DNA of 64,000 nucleotides from Plasmodiophora brassicae (Eukaryota): NCBI GenBank assembly GCA_036867785.1, contig CP145413.1, positions 744,001 to 808,000 of the forward strand, read 5' to 3'. Shown piece by piece: positions 22,198 to 33,227 of this stretch (position 1 is its first letter; each line of letters starts with the position of its first letter). The notes under the pieces were generated by a model. It saw only the letters and a program-made list of their open reading frames with translations, ran no database searches and was not told where the DNA came from. The position numbers and the translations under genes were made by a program.

Positions 22198-25056
22198 ATG
22201 GCCGAGCGCCAGGCGACGCCTAACACGGATGACGACCCGCTGCGTCATCTGTCGCTCGAGGAGATCGACACCCGAATTGCCGAAGCGGAGGCAACGATCG
22301 CCAGGCAGGAGAAGATCGACCGTCTCCGTGTCCTGCAGCAGCAGCTGGCGCGTCCGACCAGCTGTCCATCGACCCCGGCCATGCCGATCATCGCCGAGGC
22401 GCACAGCCGAAGCGACGCAGGCCGACTGCCCATGCCCAAGTTCGACGGTACTCCCGACTCGTTCACGTCCTGGGTTCAGACAGCTGCACTCTGGTTTCGC
22501 AATCGTGGGTACGCGGACGTCATCGGGATCAACGAAGATGGCTCGCCGACTGCGACAACCGGTACGGCACACGACCCAGCTCTCGAGGCAGCCGCGCGCG
22601 AGATTCTACTCGTCCACATGCTGGACCACAAGATCGCGTCCGCATTGTCTTTGTTTCAGGCAGGCTCGGCTGCCAAGTGCTGGCGCGTGCTGTTCCAGGC
22701 GTACAGCCCGTCGTCGCTGGCATCGGTCGTGCGCGCCGTCCGCGACCTCGTCACGGTCCAGCACATGCCCGGCGAGTCGGTCGCCACGTACGCCGCCCGA
22801 GTTCAAGCAGCGGCTCATCGCGTCCGGTCGACGGTACCGATCGAGATGCTGTCCCTCACCGACGCATTGGTCGCCGTGCTCATCTTGGCCAACGCATCAT
22901 CCGATCTCGACGCCGTCGTCGCTGGCCTGCACAATCGTGCTCTGGACACGCTGCCCAGTGTCTCCGAGGTCGTCGGGTCGTTGACAAGCGAGGAGATCAG
23001 AGTCCAAGACGTGCGGGACCGACACGACGCGTTCCAAACGGCCAACCGCTCCAGTTGCGCCACATCGACACGTCCCCGTGGACCACGACGCAACGAGTCC
23101 TGCGTCTTCCATCCCGGATCCAAGCACACTAACGGCGAATGCACGCTGCAACGACACATCTGGTACCGCGACAGCAACGCGAAAAGCAATACATCCTCAC
23201 CAACGTCCAACGAGTATCCAACGTCTGGCGCTCATCCGATCGATCCGGCGCCCGAGCCGATGCGTGCTTTGTCGGCACGCCACGCCATCGACGTGTACGC
23301 GAACTCAGTAGGCCTACTGGACTCAGCGTGTTCCACGACGATGACGCCCCTGCGCCGACATCTCAGCTGCTATCGCCAAGGCACCGGACCGGAAGTTGAG
23401 CTAGCCGATCTGTCGCGTACGACCACTTCCGGTCGAGGCGTGACGTCATTCGGCATGGATGTCCAGGCGACGAGTATCGATTCGCTGCACGTTCCCCGAC
23501 TTGGCCAAGCGCTAGTATCAGTTGGCCAGCTCACCAGATCAGGTCACAAGATCGTGTTCGACGGCGATACCGCGAAGATCTACTCGGGGGCCAACTGGAC
23601 GGCGCCCGTCGGTCAGCCAGTGGCCGTCAGTCAACGAGGACACGATAACCTGTACCGGATTCCATTATCCGCTCCAACCTCCGCGCCCGGCACACTTCAC
23701 TCTGCCCGAGTCTGCTCCTTGATCGCATCCAGCGTCTCATGCCGCGTCGCTAAGGTCACCGCCGCAGCTCCAGCTGTCTGGCACGCTCGAACCGGCCACC
23801 TGGGTTACGGCAACCTGCGCATCCTGCACAAACGTTGTCGTGGCATGAAGTTCGACGGGCCAATCCCGAGGCCGCAAGATCGATGTCCATGCGCTGCATG
23901 TTTACTCGCCAAGGGCAAACGGTCATCATTCCCTCCCAGTACGTCGCGCGCGCGTCGTGTTGGCGATCTCGTCCATAGCGATCTGTCCGGACGGTGGCCT
24001 GTCGTCGGTGTCGGCGGCTTTGAGTACTACCAGACCATGCTGGACGATTCCTCTCGGTACCTGTCCGTCTATCTGCTACGTCGCAAATCGGAGGCGCTCG
24101 ACGTCATCAAGCACTATGACGCGCGTCTTCGCAACCAGGAAGGACGTGGTATCCGGACGTTCCAGACTGACGGTGGCGGCGAGTACAACTCCAAGGCGTG
24201 CGTCCTGTTCTACAACGAGTCCGGCATCCTGCACCGCAAATCTGTCCCGTACACGCCCGAGCAGAACGGCCGCGCTGAAAGCGTCAACCACACGCTCTGC
24301 GGTATCGAAAGCTCAATCCGGTGCCACTCTCGCATGCCTGACTCCACGTGGCCCTGGTCGCTGTCCTACTCTGCGATACTGTACAACATCCACCCGAGAT
24401 CAGTCCTTCCCGGGCGTCGCACATCGTTCGAGGCTGCTCGTCGCGCCCTACCTAACATCTCGGCCCTTCGTGTCTACGGTTGCGATGCCTATGCCATGCG
24501 ACCGCATCCAGCCACGAAGAAGCCGAGCAAGTTGGAGCCTCGTCGTGTTCGCGCTGTGTTTATCGGTTTCACGCCCGGCATGAAGGCTTGGCGGTTCTAC
24601 GACGTGGACCGGGAAGACACGTTCGAGAGCACGACTGCCGAGTTCCTGGAGACCTCGTTCACATTCGGCTTTGGAAGATCCAGCCCTGCTAGTTCATCAT
24701 CAGCGCCACCGTCCAGTCCCGAGTCGAGCTCTGCGCCGAACGTTGACACGATCGTCCCGACGCCCGTCTCTTCCGACGCCGTCATGGCACCTCTACCATC
24801 GACGTCAGCATCCTCTCTCGCAGCATCCCCTCCCGAGCCTCCGTCACCTGCCGCTGCGTCATCGCCTTCCGAGATCGTCCGACCGTCGCGCTCACCGTCT
24901 CCTGATGACGTATCCACCGACGAAGATGATGATGACGCTGAAGATGATCCCGACTACGAAGGTTCGGCGTCCAGCAACGACTCTCCCAACGAAGCTGCCG
25001 ACCCCGACGTCCACGACAATTCCGATGCTGCTGATATCGTTGACCACAATGTCATC
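22198..25056 (+). pseudogene. Truncated Copia polyprotein (gag, protease, integrase; no RT or RNase H)
   Basis: Matches the N-terminal part of the 1651-aa ORF up to DHNVI, then reads into mini-element sequence. Confidence 0.93.
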
Positions 25057-25362
25057 AGCGGTACGTTCAACCGTTGGCCCTGGGTTCGATTCCCAGCGGC
25101 GCCCGCGTTTTTCAGATTAACAGTCGTATGCGCTATACATAGCCATACAGAAATGCGTGGCGCCAATGGGCCCTCTTCCGTAGTAGATCCCAGGACAGAC
25201 ACCATCGTCACACCTGGCTACGGATTGAGGGGGCGTGTCAGGAATTACATACATCCAATCCTCACGCCAGTCGGACTTCAGGCGCCGTAGCTGAGTGGTA
25301 CAGCAGCGGTACGTTCAACCGTTGGCCCTGGGTTCGATTCCCAGCGGCGCCCGCGTTTTTCA
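25056..25362 (+). mobile_element. Miniature LTR element (TRIM) with tRNA-containing LTRs
   Basis: Partial 5' LTR 25056-25114 identical to the end of the 127-bp 3' LTR 25236-25362 (TGTCA...TTTCA); PBS 25115-25128; PPT GAGGGGGCG 25227-25235; 121-bp non-coding interior. Confidence 0.9.
25281..25352 (+). tRNA. tRNA-like cloverleaf inside the LTR (central loop triplet GTT, non-canonical loop; probably not a decoding tRNA)
   Basis: Acceptor GGCGCCG/CGGCGCC; D arm GCTG-AGTGGTA-CAGC; anticodon arm GCGGT-ACGTTCA-ACCGT; T arm CTGGG-TTCGATT-CCCAG; A and B boxes; TTTTT 3 nt downstream. Confidence 0.85.
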
Positions 25363-27914
25363 ATGGTCCTTTCTTTAAACGGGCGAACTCTGGCGAGCTG
25401 CAGCAACATGGACCCCGTACGCGGATCCACAGACGAAAGCTTGCAGTTGGGCAGCAAGGATTCCTTGAAACGGTCGGGGGGAGGAACCTAGTTGAACTGA
25501 TCAGCACTACGAACCCGCAAACGTATGATCGAACATACGACAGCTTGACGACAGACGTGCTCAACTGGTAATTCTTAATGATGTTTGCAGAGAACCCAAT
25601 TGTAGCAGTGACGAAGTCCTTCATCCGAAGCATCCACCGTTCTACCGCCAAGGCCCAAACGAATCCTGATATTGGCCCGAACAGTTCGATTATGTCGGGT
25701 ATATGAATAATTGAGTGCATCTACAGACAGAGGGGTTTCCTTCAACACAAACAACAATACCAGCATGCATGTCACCTACAGATATGGTCATGAGCGTTGA
25801 CGGCGCGACGCGCTCAAGTTTTTCAAACGCCTGGAGCAGCTGGGTCTTAATTTTCGGTAGCTGATCTTTGATAAGACACTTTGAAAGTAGCCGGTTACAG
25901 GCGTCGACGAAAGAGAAATAGGCGAACCAAAACAAGTGACAGTTTCGCGAACCAGAATTCCTCAACCATTCGTTTGCGACATTGTGGAACATCGCTAAAC
26001 CAAAATCACTGGTCCACAAGAGCGAGTCGTGCGCCTTCCAGCTTTGGCGGTGGAGGCAGTTGCCAGGCTTATCACCATTCCTTTTGAAACAATAGGATAA
26101 CGTGGTGTTAACTAACCTGTTTTGTAATTCTATTCCTGCCACTGACCAGTGCACCAGCGGATGGAACGGAGAAGCTCGTCCATCTTAACGGCCAGCGCTG
26201 TTCTCCCAGTACGGGAATCCGGCCGATAATCGTCAACGGGGACTTGCCACGCTGGCGAATTGTCAAACGGCTTGCCAAGAGATTCTTCGATCTAATAAAA
26301 CTGCATCAGTAATGCTTGAAGTCACACCCTGAACACCTAGGGGCCAACCTTCTGATCGTAGAGCGGGCGCTTCTTGGACTTGGTCTTTGGACCAGGGTTG
26401 ATGACCGACCACAGTCGGGGAAGTGTGTTTAAGAGCAAACTATGCATTATACAGAGTACGAATTGTGTCGCATTCCCGAAATGATACACCAGTCCAGTTG
26501 AATACATATCCGGTTCGATGCCCTTTTGCAGGTATTCGGAACAGTCTTCACTGGCGACATCCTGTCCCATCTGCATGCGCCGCAGTGTGTCCGAATCCGT
26601 CTTCGATGGAAAATCTACACACGTACTCCTTATAAGTCAACAGTCAACATGCATAATGGATCGTGGGCTATACCTGTACTGTTCAAGTACAGCATTTGAC
26701 GATCGACATATGTGCCTTGGACGTAACAGCGGTTACATGCGTCATGTTTGCCACGGAACACGTTCTTCGCATGCTTAGGGACACTGGGCCGAAAATGGAT
26801 TCAGCGCGGATACATCCGCGAGGCCTTGTATCGCCACTGTATTCCAAGGTTCGATACATTGGTGATATATCTGCCAAACATATTGCCAGTGTATCTGATT
26901 GCATTCATTGCCAATACAGCATATCGCAGAGTCCGGATGGTCTTTAACATGCTTTAGTAGCACATGTCCACATTGTTTATAGTCAGTAGCTGGTTGACAC
27001 CAACGCGAGGGGAATAGCGTTTGCTCTCAAGAGAAGGCATACAAAAGGAACAGCTGAGGCGGCCTCGCTATCGTTGACGACGTCGTCGCCGACTCGCGCG
27101 CTGTCAGATGACTAGGCACTAGGCCGAGCAACGTTACAACGGACAGCATGCACGATGGGGAACATCGGGCTATCCTGCAGGCGATGCGTAGCAACACGGT
27201 CCTTGTCTAGAGTGACGTCGCAGGAATGGGGGGCGGCAATCGGACACGAGATCATGTCCCAACCATCTGCTCAATCATAGCAAATGGTGAATCAAGGAGT
27301 CAACCAGGTGGCGCCGTGCTTTACCGCTGCAGTGGAATAATTCAAGCGTTAGCGATTGTATCGCTAAACGCGGCGGCGCCAGCGGCATCTCGATGCGAAG
27401 TACTTCGTTGATTGCTCCTAAGTGCACGTCCCCGTCTGTATCAGCGAATGCCGCAACGTAATCGTTGTCGGTTGTCGAATGACGGCCATGTCGCGCCTGC
27501 CACATTACATGTCCTGGACGATGCATGCGTTAGTAACTATAGGTGGGTGCAATATAAAGAGCAATCGTACCGAACTTCACACTTTGGAAGGTTGTGGCAT
27601 TTGATGGAAGTAGACAGCAGCCGTAACTATCATGACAGAACTCGTCAAAGACGTCGATAGCGCCTGTCACTTCGTCATAGTTACCGACTCGCGCGACCGT
27701 CGTTTCAGCGAACCTACTGCATGCCTCCAGGTAGTGCAGAGCCCATGGATGTTCCTTGAACGCTTGCCAGTCCTTGTGTGACAAGGCTGATGTGATAACT
27801 GAATAAATCCCGAACCCCGCGACGGACTTCGCCAGTCCGTCAAAGCGTTCGTTGCATCAGCTTGCCTGATCGTGACATTTTGACGGACTAACCAACGGTC
27901 ACCGCCGTCCCGCC

Positions 27915-28025
27915 CGCCCCGTTCCGCCCGCTCCGTTCCGCCCGCTCCGTTCCGCCCGCTCCGTTCCGCCCGCTCCGTTCCGCCCGCTCCGTTCCGCCCG
28001 CTCCGTTCCGCCCGCTCCGTTCCTG
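27915..28025 (+). repeat. 5' leader tandem repeat of about (CCGTTCCGCCCGCT)n; also at about 51135-51245
   Basis: Directly visible 14-15-bp tandem units. Confidence 0.9.
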
Positions 28026-28062
28026 CCGTCCCGTTTCCTGTCCGTCTACCGGTGTGTTCGCG

Positions 28063-28911
28063 ATGACAACGAGCGAGGACCAGATCGCCGCACTGGCAGA
28101 TCAAGTGCGGGACCTCACGCTCACTGTCAGCGACATGCTGCACCAGCTGAAAGCTATGCAGTCCGTAGTGGCCGACCGGGTCGAAGATGCCGTTGGGACA
28201 GCGATAAATCGCTCGCTGCCCGACAAGATGCCGCCGAGCGAGCCGTCGCCGACATCCCGACACATCGTCGACCACCAGATCCACCTGCCCCGCTTTACCG
28301 GGCGTATTCGCGACAGTTCCACGAACTCCCGCGACTTTCTGAAGTGTCTGTCAAGGACGCTGCAGCTCCCGTCATCGACGACCCGCCTTCCGCCGGCGGC
28401 GCACAGCGCCCTTCTTAGATCGCTGGAAGGCCCGGCGTTGGAAGTCTATTTCGGGCTGCCGGACGACGCCACGATGGCCGACCTGTCCTACGCGATGTCA
28501 AAATGGTTTCCGGTGCCGACGTTCGAACAGCTGGAGGAGTGCTTCGACAACCTCACCCAGACCGAACCTGTCGAAGAGCATGTGTTGATGTTCAACAATT
28601 TGTATCAAGCGCTTCAGCGCGCGGATGCAACCTTCAAGATGAGTTCGGCCCGGCGCGCGTCGAAGTTCCGGAAGTCGCTGCATACTGCCTTGTCGGAAAA
28701 ACTGTTCGAGGACATGATCACCGACTTCGACGAGATGGTCAAAAAGGCGAAACACCTCTGCCCGCGCTACCCCGTTCCGAAGGTTGTCGCCGCCGATGCC
28801 CGTGAGCGTGCCCGCAAGGACGGCCTCTGCTTCTACTGCAAAGAAGATGGCCACCGGATCGCGGATTGCCCGAAACGGCCGCCGGTTGCACCGGGAAATG
28901 TCCAAGGGTGA
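28063..28911 (+). CDS. gag: Gag with CCHC knuckle
   Basis: [14 protein letters not shown]; ends PGNVQG* over the slippery site. Confidence 0.95.
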   Translation: MTTSEDQIAALADQVRDLTLTVSDMLHQLKAMQSVVADRVEDAVGTAINRSLPDKMPPSEPSPTSRHIVDHQIHLPRFTGRIRDSSTNSRDFLKCLSRTLQLPSSTTRLPPAAHSALLRSLEGPALEVYFGLPDDATMADLSYAMSKWFPVPTFEQLEECFDNLTQTEPVEEHVLMFNNLYQALQRADATFKMSSARRASKFRKSLHTALSEKLFEDMITDFDEMVKKAKHLCPRYPVPKVVAADARERARKDGLCFYCKEDGHRIADCPKRPPVAPGNVQG

Positions 28912-28937
28912 CCGCCAACGGGTTCGCCGGCCACCCA
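28893..28937 (+). promoter_or_regulatory. Putative -1 ribosomal frameshift signal (also 52113-52157)
   Basis: In-frame G GGA AAT heptamer, 6-nt spacer, stem GGGTGACCG...CGGCCACCC; pol lies in the -1 frame. Confidence 0.8.
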
Positions 28938-31900
28938 GTAAACTCTGCATTGTCATCCGAACCCGACCCTGTTCAAATAAGCGATCTCATGTTTCTCCAC
29001 GCCCGCTCTGTCCCGCATCTCGTACTTCCGATGACCATATACACCGGGTCCGAAAGTATCTCGACAACGGCCTTGATCGACTGTGGCGCGACTAGCAACT
29101 TTATCGACTGGTCCTTCGCGCGGCTCCACGTTCTGCCTACCCGCCCGACGCATCGTCCGATACCTGTCCGCGTTGTCGACGGCCGCCAGCTCGCACCTAT
29201 ATCACAGGAGACTCAGCCGTTGAGAACGACGGTGGACGCCCAGTTCTCGTGTGAGATCGTCCTGAATCTGATCAATTCGCCGACCTATCCCGTCATCCTG
29301 GGTCTGCCCTGGCTAGCCCAGACTAATCCAGATGTGGATTGGCGCCGGCGGCTCGTCTCGCCGCGCCAGTGCCCCCCCTCGCCGTCAACGTCAACGCCGA
29401 CAACTGTGGCGGATCCTGGCCATGCAGAAGCTGAGACAACCGAGGCAAGCGTGGCTGCGCCACACGACGACTGCCGTTATCCGGCCCTGGACGCCTCTAG
29501 TGCAGCTCCGCTCATCGCCCAGGCGCCTGTTAACACAAAACAACATCCAGATCCAACTTCCGCACAAGACCTGATCGTGACACCATTGCCGCCTGCGGCC
29601 AACGATGAACGCCGGGTGGCAGAGTCCTTGGCGACAGCCGCAATTGAGACTCAGGACAAAGCCGCTGGCGACCTGGAAACGGCTGACACCGGTAACACCC
29701 CTGCGAACTGCCTCGAGCTCGAATCGTTCCCCGACCAGACAGGCTGGCTAACGTCGCCGGCGCGGGAGCAGCGACACAGGCGGGGAGCCGGTCGACGTCT
29801 ACCAGATTGTCGTTTGGACGACGGTTCCAGGGCACGCCAGGTGGTCAGCCTGTTCATGTGCTCATCCATCGTGGCGGCCGCTTGGGCGCTTGCCTTCGTC
29901 ACTATGTGCCGCGAACCCGCACGCGTCGACCTTCGTGCTTATCTAAACACGTCATCTGACGACGCCTGTCCGATCGCCCCGCCGAACGCCGGCCCTGACG
30001 TTCTAGCCGGAGATGCTCCACAGTCGTCGTGCGACGTACGGCCCACGGATTCTAATCAAGGCGACGGGACGCGGATCGACCACGTTCCCTTGCCGGCACC
30101 AAGCACTGAAGAACCTCTGGCGGCCAACGTTCCCATCCATCTAGTCGACGCCGAACCGTTCCTGGACGCACTCATGGACGACGCTCAGTGCTACCTCATC
30201 CATTATACGTGGACCGAGGACACCGAGTCAGAGCAGACGAAGATACCTGAAAAATACCAGGATTTTGCCGACGTGTTCGACGAGGCCACCGCCACATCCT
30301 TACCGCCGCACCGCGCCTCTGACTGCTCGATCGACCTGAAACCGGGGACGGAGCCTCCATTCTGTCGCCTCTACGGCTTGTCTCCCCGCGAACAGGTAGC
30401 CCTCAAGAAGTATTTGGAAGATAACCTCCAGTCGAACTTCATACGGCCGTCGCGTTCATCTGCCGGCGCGCCGATCCTTTTCGCGAAGAAGAAGGATGGT
30501 TCGTTACGGCTTTGCGTTGATTACCGAGGCCTGAACTCGGTCACCGTGAAGAACCGTTACCCACTTCCGCTCATCGACCAGCTGCTTTCGACACTCGGTC
30601 AAGCAACGGTCTTCTCCAAGATCGACCTTCGAAGTGCGTACAACCAGATCCGCATTCGCGAAGGTGACGAATGGAAGACAGCATTCCGGACACCGTACGG
30701 ATTGTTCGAGTACCTGGTTATGCCCTTCGGGCTTGCCAACGCCCCGGCATCCTTTCAAGCCTTCATGAACGAGACATTCAGCGACTTCATTGACCGTTTC
30801 GTTGTTGTTTACCTTGACGACATCTTGATTTTCTCCAAGAATGCTGAGGAACATGAACAGCACGTGCGTTTGGTGCTCGAACGTCTACGCTCCGCGCGCC
30901 TGACGGCCAAACTGTCTAAGTGCTTGTTCGACGCACCGGAGGTCGAATTCCTCGGCTACTTAGTGTCCAAGGACGGCCTCCGGTTGGATCCCAGCCGAGT
31001 AGACACAATACTCGCGTGGGCCCCGCCGCGTGACCTCCACGGGCTGCAAGTCTTCCTTGGGTTCGCCAACTTCTACCGAAAGTTCATCCCGCATTTCGCG
31101 GAGATCGCACTTCCCTTGACGAACCTTACTCGCGGGGAAACCGAATTTATCTGGAACGAGACTGCTTCGACCGCCTTCGCAACTCTGAAGAGCGCGTTCA
31201 CACGCGCTCCGGTCCTCGCCCACTTCGATCCTAGCGTGCCGTGCGAGATTGAAACGGATGCCTCCGACTTCGCCATTGCCATGGTCCTCTCACAACGGGG
31301 CCGTGACGGGGACTTACACCCTCTGGCGTTCTTTTCGAGGAAACTGGACCCCGCTGAGATCCGATATGCGGTCTACGACAAAGAGCTCCTGGCCGTTGTT
31401 GCGTCCTTCGAGAAATGGCGCCAGTTCCTGGATTCGGATGAACATCAGACACTTGTGCACAGCGACCACCGCAACCTCAAGTACTTCATGACGACCCACA
31501 AGCTTAATCCGCGCCAAATCCGATGGTCCCAACTGCTTAGCGGCTTCGACTTCATGATTCAGCACCGACCGGGCCGCTTGCACGGTAAACCTGACGCCTT
31601 GACGCGCCGCCCGGAGTACGTCCCGACGGCGTCTGAAGAAGGCATCCTGCAACAATCTCTCCAACTGCTCCCGCTTCATCGCCTAGTTCCGTCCCCCGTG
31701 GTGGACGCGTTCACCGTCCACGCGGAGGCGGCTCCGTCCGAGCCTCTCCTAGACCGTATCCGACGACACCAAGCGAGTGATCCGTTCGTCGCCAAGATTG
31801 CCGGTCTGCTCGACCGACCTCAAGGTAGGAAGTATTGCCTGAGAGACGGCCTCCTGTACAAAGGACGCTCCTTGGTCGTCTCCGGAGACGAATGCAAGAT

Positions 31901-33227
31901 CGAGATCCTCCGGCAACTCCACGATAATAGGGCCTCTGGTCACTTTGGTATCCGCAAAACGCTTGGGCTTGTCCAGCGTGAATTTTGGTGGCCTGGCATG
32001 AGGGCCTTCGTCAAACTGTACGTCTCATCCTGCGACATTTGTCAGAGAAGCAAGTCTCCGCGCCACAAACCGTCCGGGCTCCTGCTGCCTCTTCCCTTGC
32101 CGAGTTCTCTGTGGTCATCGATCTCAATGGATCTAATTGTCAAGCTTCCAGTTTCCGACGGCTACGATTCGGTCCTCGTCGTCGTCGACCGGTTTTCGAA
32201 AATGGCCCACTTCATTCCGTGCAAGGAGACCCTCACAGCGGTCGAGCTGTCCGACCTGTTTTTGCAGCAGATATTCCGCCTGCATGGCCTACCGGACGAC
32301 ATCGTCTCCGACCGGGGGCCCCAGTTCGTGTCGGCCTTCTGGAAGCACTTACTGGACCGTCTTGGTATCCAACGGAACTTGTCTTCATCCCGGCACCCGG
32401 AATCCGACGGCCAGACGGAACGCGTGAACCAGATCCTCGAACAATACTTACGCTGCTATGTTAGCTACATGCAGGACGACTGGCTGCAACTTCTGCCTAT
32501 GGCCGAGTTCGCGTACAACAACGCCGACCATTCGGCCACCGGCATGTCGCCGTTTTTCGCCAACTACGGGTTTCATCCAAGGGTGACGGAGCCTCGACCC
32601 AGGAATGGCCAAGTCTGTAACCCAGCCGCCGATGAGCGTGCCGAATTCCTTGAGAAGGTTCGCCGCTACTTGAAGGGCCAACTGCAACGGGCGGTCGACG
32701 CTATGAAGCGCTCTGCGGATCGCCGTCGCCGCGAACCACCACCACTGCAGGTGGGCGATCTCGTCATGCTCAGGCGTGGAACCTTATCGACTGGCCGCCC
32801 GTGCGGGAAACTGGATGACCGTCTGCTGGGACCCTTCCAAGTTGTTCGCACAGTTAACCCCGTCGCATACGAAGTGAAGCTGCCTCCTACCTCGCGCCTA
32901 CATAACGTCTTCCATGTGTCACAGCTGGAACCGTATACGCCTAATGTCCTTCCACATCGCCAACAGCCACCGCCGCCGCCCATTGTATTGGAAGATGACG
33001 ACCAGCCCCTGTTCATCGTTAAGTCGATCTTGGATTCCCGATACCGGTCGGGGCGGTTGCAATATCTCATAGATTGGGAAGGATACTCCCCGTCCGATCG
33101 CACCTGGGAACCCGCGGGCAATCTCCATGGGACAGGAGGCCTGGACCAAGCGATTGCTGAATTTCATGCTCGATATCCCGATAAACCTGGCCCTCGCTCC
33201 CGAAACCGGCGGAGACCCAATCGCTAG
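28893..33227 (+). CDS. pol: Pol: protease, long spacer, RT, RNase H, integrase, chromodomain
   Basis: [84 protein letters not shown]. Confidence 0.97.
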   Translation, partial: GKCPRVTANGFAGHPVNSALSSEPDPVQISDLMFLHARSVPHLVLPMTIYTGSESISTTALIDCGATSNFIDWSFARLHVLPTRPTHRPIPVRVVDGRQLAPISQETQPLRTTVDAQFSCEIVLNLINSPTYPVILGLPWLAQTNPDVDWRRRLVSPRQCPPSPSTSTPTTVADPGHAEAETTEASVAAPHDDCRYPALDASSAAPLIAQAPVNTKQHPDPTSAQDLIVTPLPPAANDERRVAESLATAAIETQDKAAGDLETADTGNTPANCLELESFPDQTGWLTSPAREQRHRRGAGRRLPDCRLDDGSRARQVVSLFMCSSIVAAAWALAFVTMCREPARVDLRAYLNTSSDDACPIAPPNAGPDVLAGDAPQSSCDVRPTDSNQGDGTRIDHVPLPAPSTEEPLAANVPIHLVDAEPFLDALMDDAQCYLIHYTWTEDTESEQTKIPEKYQDFADVFDEATATSLPPHRASDCSIDLKPGTEPPFCRLYGLSPREQVALKKYLEDNLQSNFIRPSRSSAGAPILFAKKKDGSLRLCVDYRGLNSVTVKNRYPLPLIDQLLSTLGQATVFSKIDLRSAYNQIRIREGDEWKTAFRTPYGLFEYLVMPFGLANAPASFQAFMNETFSDFIDRFVVVYLDDILIFSKNAEEHEQHVRLVLERLRSARLTAKLSKCLFDAPEVEFLGYLVSKDGLRLDPSRVDTILAWAPPRDLHGLQVFLGFANFYRKFIPHFAEIALPLTNLTRGETEFIWNETASTAFATLKSAFTRAPVLAHFDPSVPCEIETDASDFAIAMVLSQRGRDGDLHPLAFFSRKLDPAEIRYAVYDKELLAVVASFEKWRQFLDSDEHQTLVHSDHRNLKYFMTTHKLNPRQIRWSQLLSGFDFMIQHRPGRLHGKPDALTRRPEYVPTASEEGILQQSLQLLPLHRLVPSPVVDAFTVHAEAAPSEPLLDRIRRHQASDPFVAKIAGLLDRPQGRKYCLRDGLLYKGRSLVVSGDECKIEILRQLHDNRASGHFGIRKTLGLVQREFWWPGMRAFVKLYVSSCDICQRSKSPRHKPSGLLLPLPLPSSLWSSISMDLIVKLPVSDGYDSVLVVVDRFSKMAHFIPCKETLTAVELSDLFLQQIFRLHGLPDDIVSDRGPQFVSAFWKHLLDRLGIQRNLSSSRHPESDGQTERVNQILEQYLRCYVSYMQDDWLQLLPMAEFAYNNADHSATGMSPFFANYGFHPRVTEPRPRNGQVCNPAADERAEFLEKVRRYLKGQLQRAVDAMKRSADRRRREPPPLQVGDLVMLRRGTLSTGRPCGKLDDRLLGPFQVVRTVNPVAYEVKLPPTSRLHNVFHVSQLEPYTPNVLPHRQQPPPPPIVLEDDDQPLFIVKSILDSRYRSGRLQYLIDWEGYSPSDRTWEPAGNLHGTGGLDQAIAEFHARYPDKPGPRSRNRRRPNR

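Larger units (their letters stand above)
21971..25362 (+). mobile_element. Chimeric insertion: Copia 5' LTR and gag-PR-IN (21971-25056) fused to a tRNA-LTR mini-element (25056-25362)
   Basis: Copia LTR 21971-22154 and PBS 22155-22168; Copia identity stops at ...CACAATGTCATC; ATGGT flanks the whole unit (21966-21970, 25363-25367). Confidence 0.9.

Noticed and set aside
25281-25352. LTR-encoded tRNA-like RNA as the element's own primer
   Set aside because: Its anticodon arm (GCGGTACGTTCAAC) is not complementary to the PBS, and a CCA-added 3' end does not match the interior TGGCGCC at about 25158.
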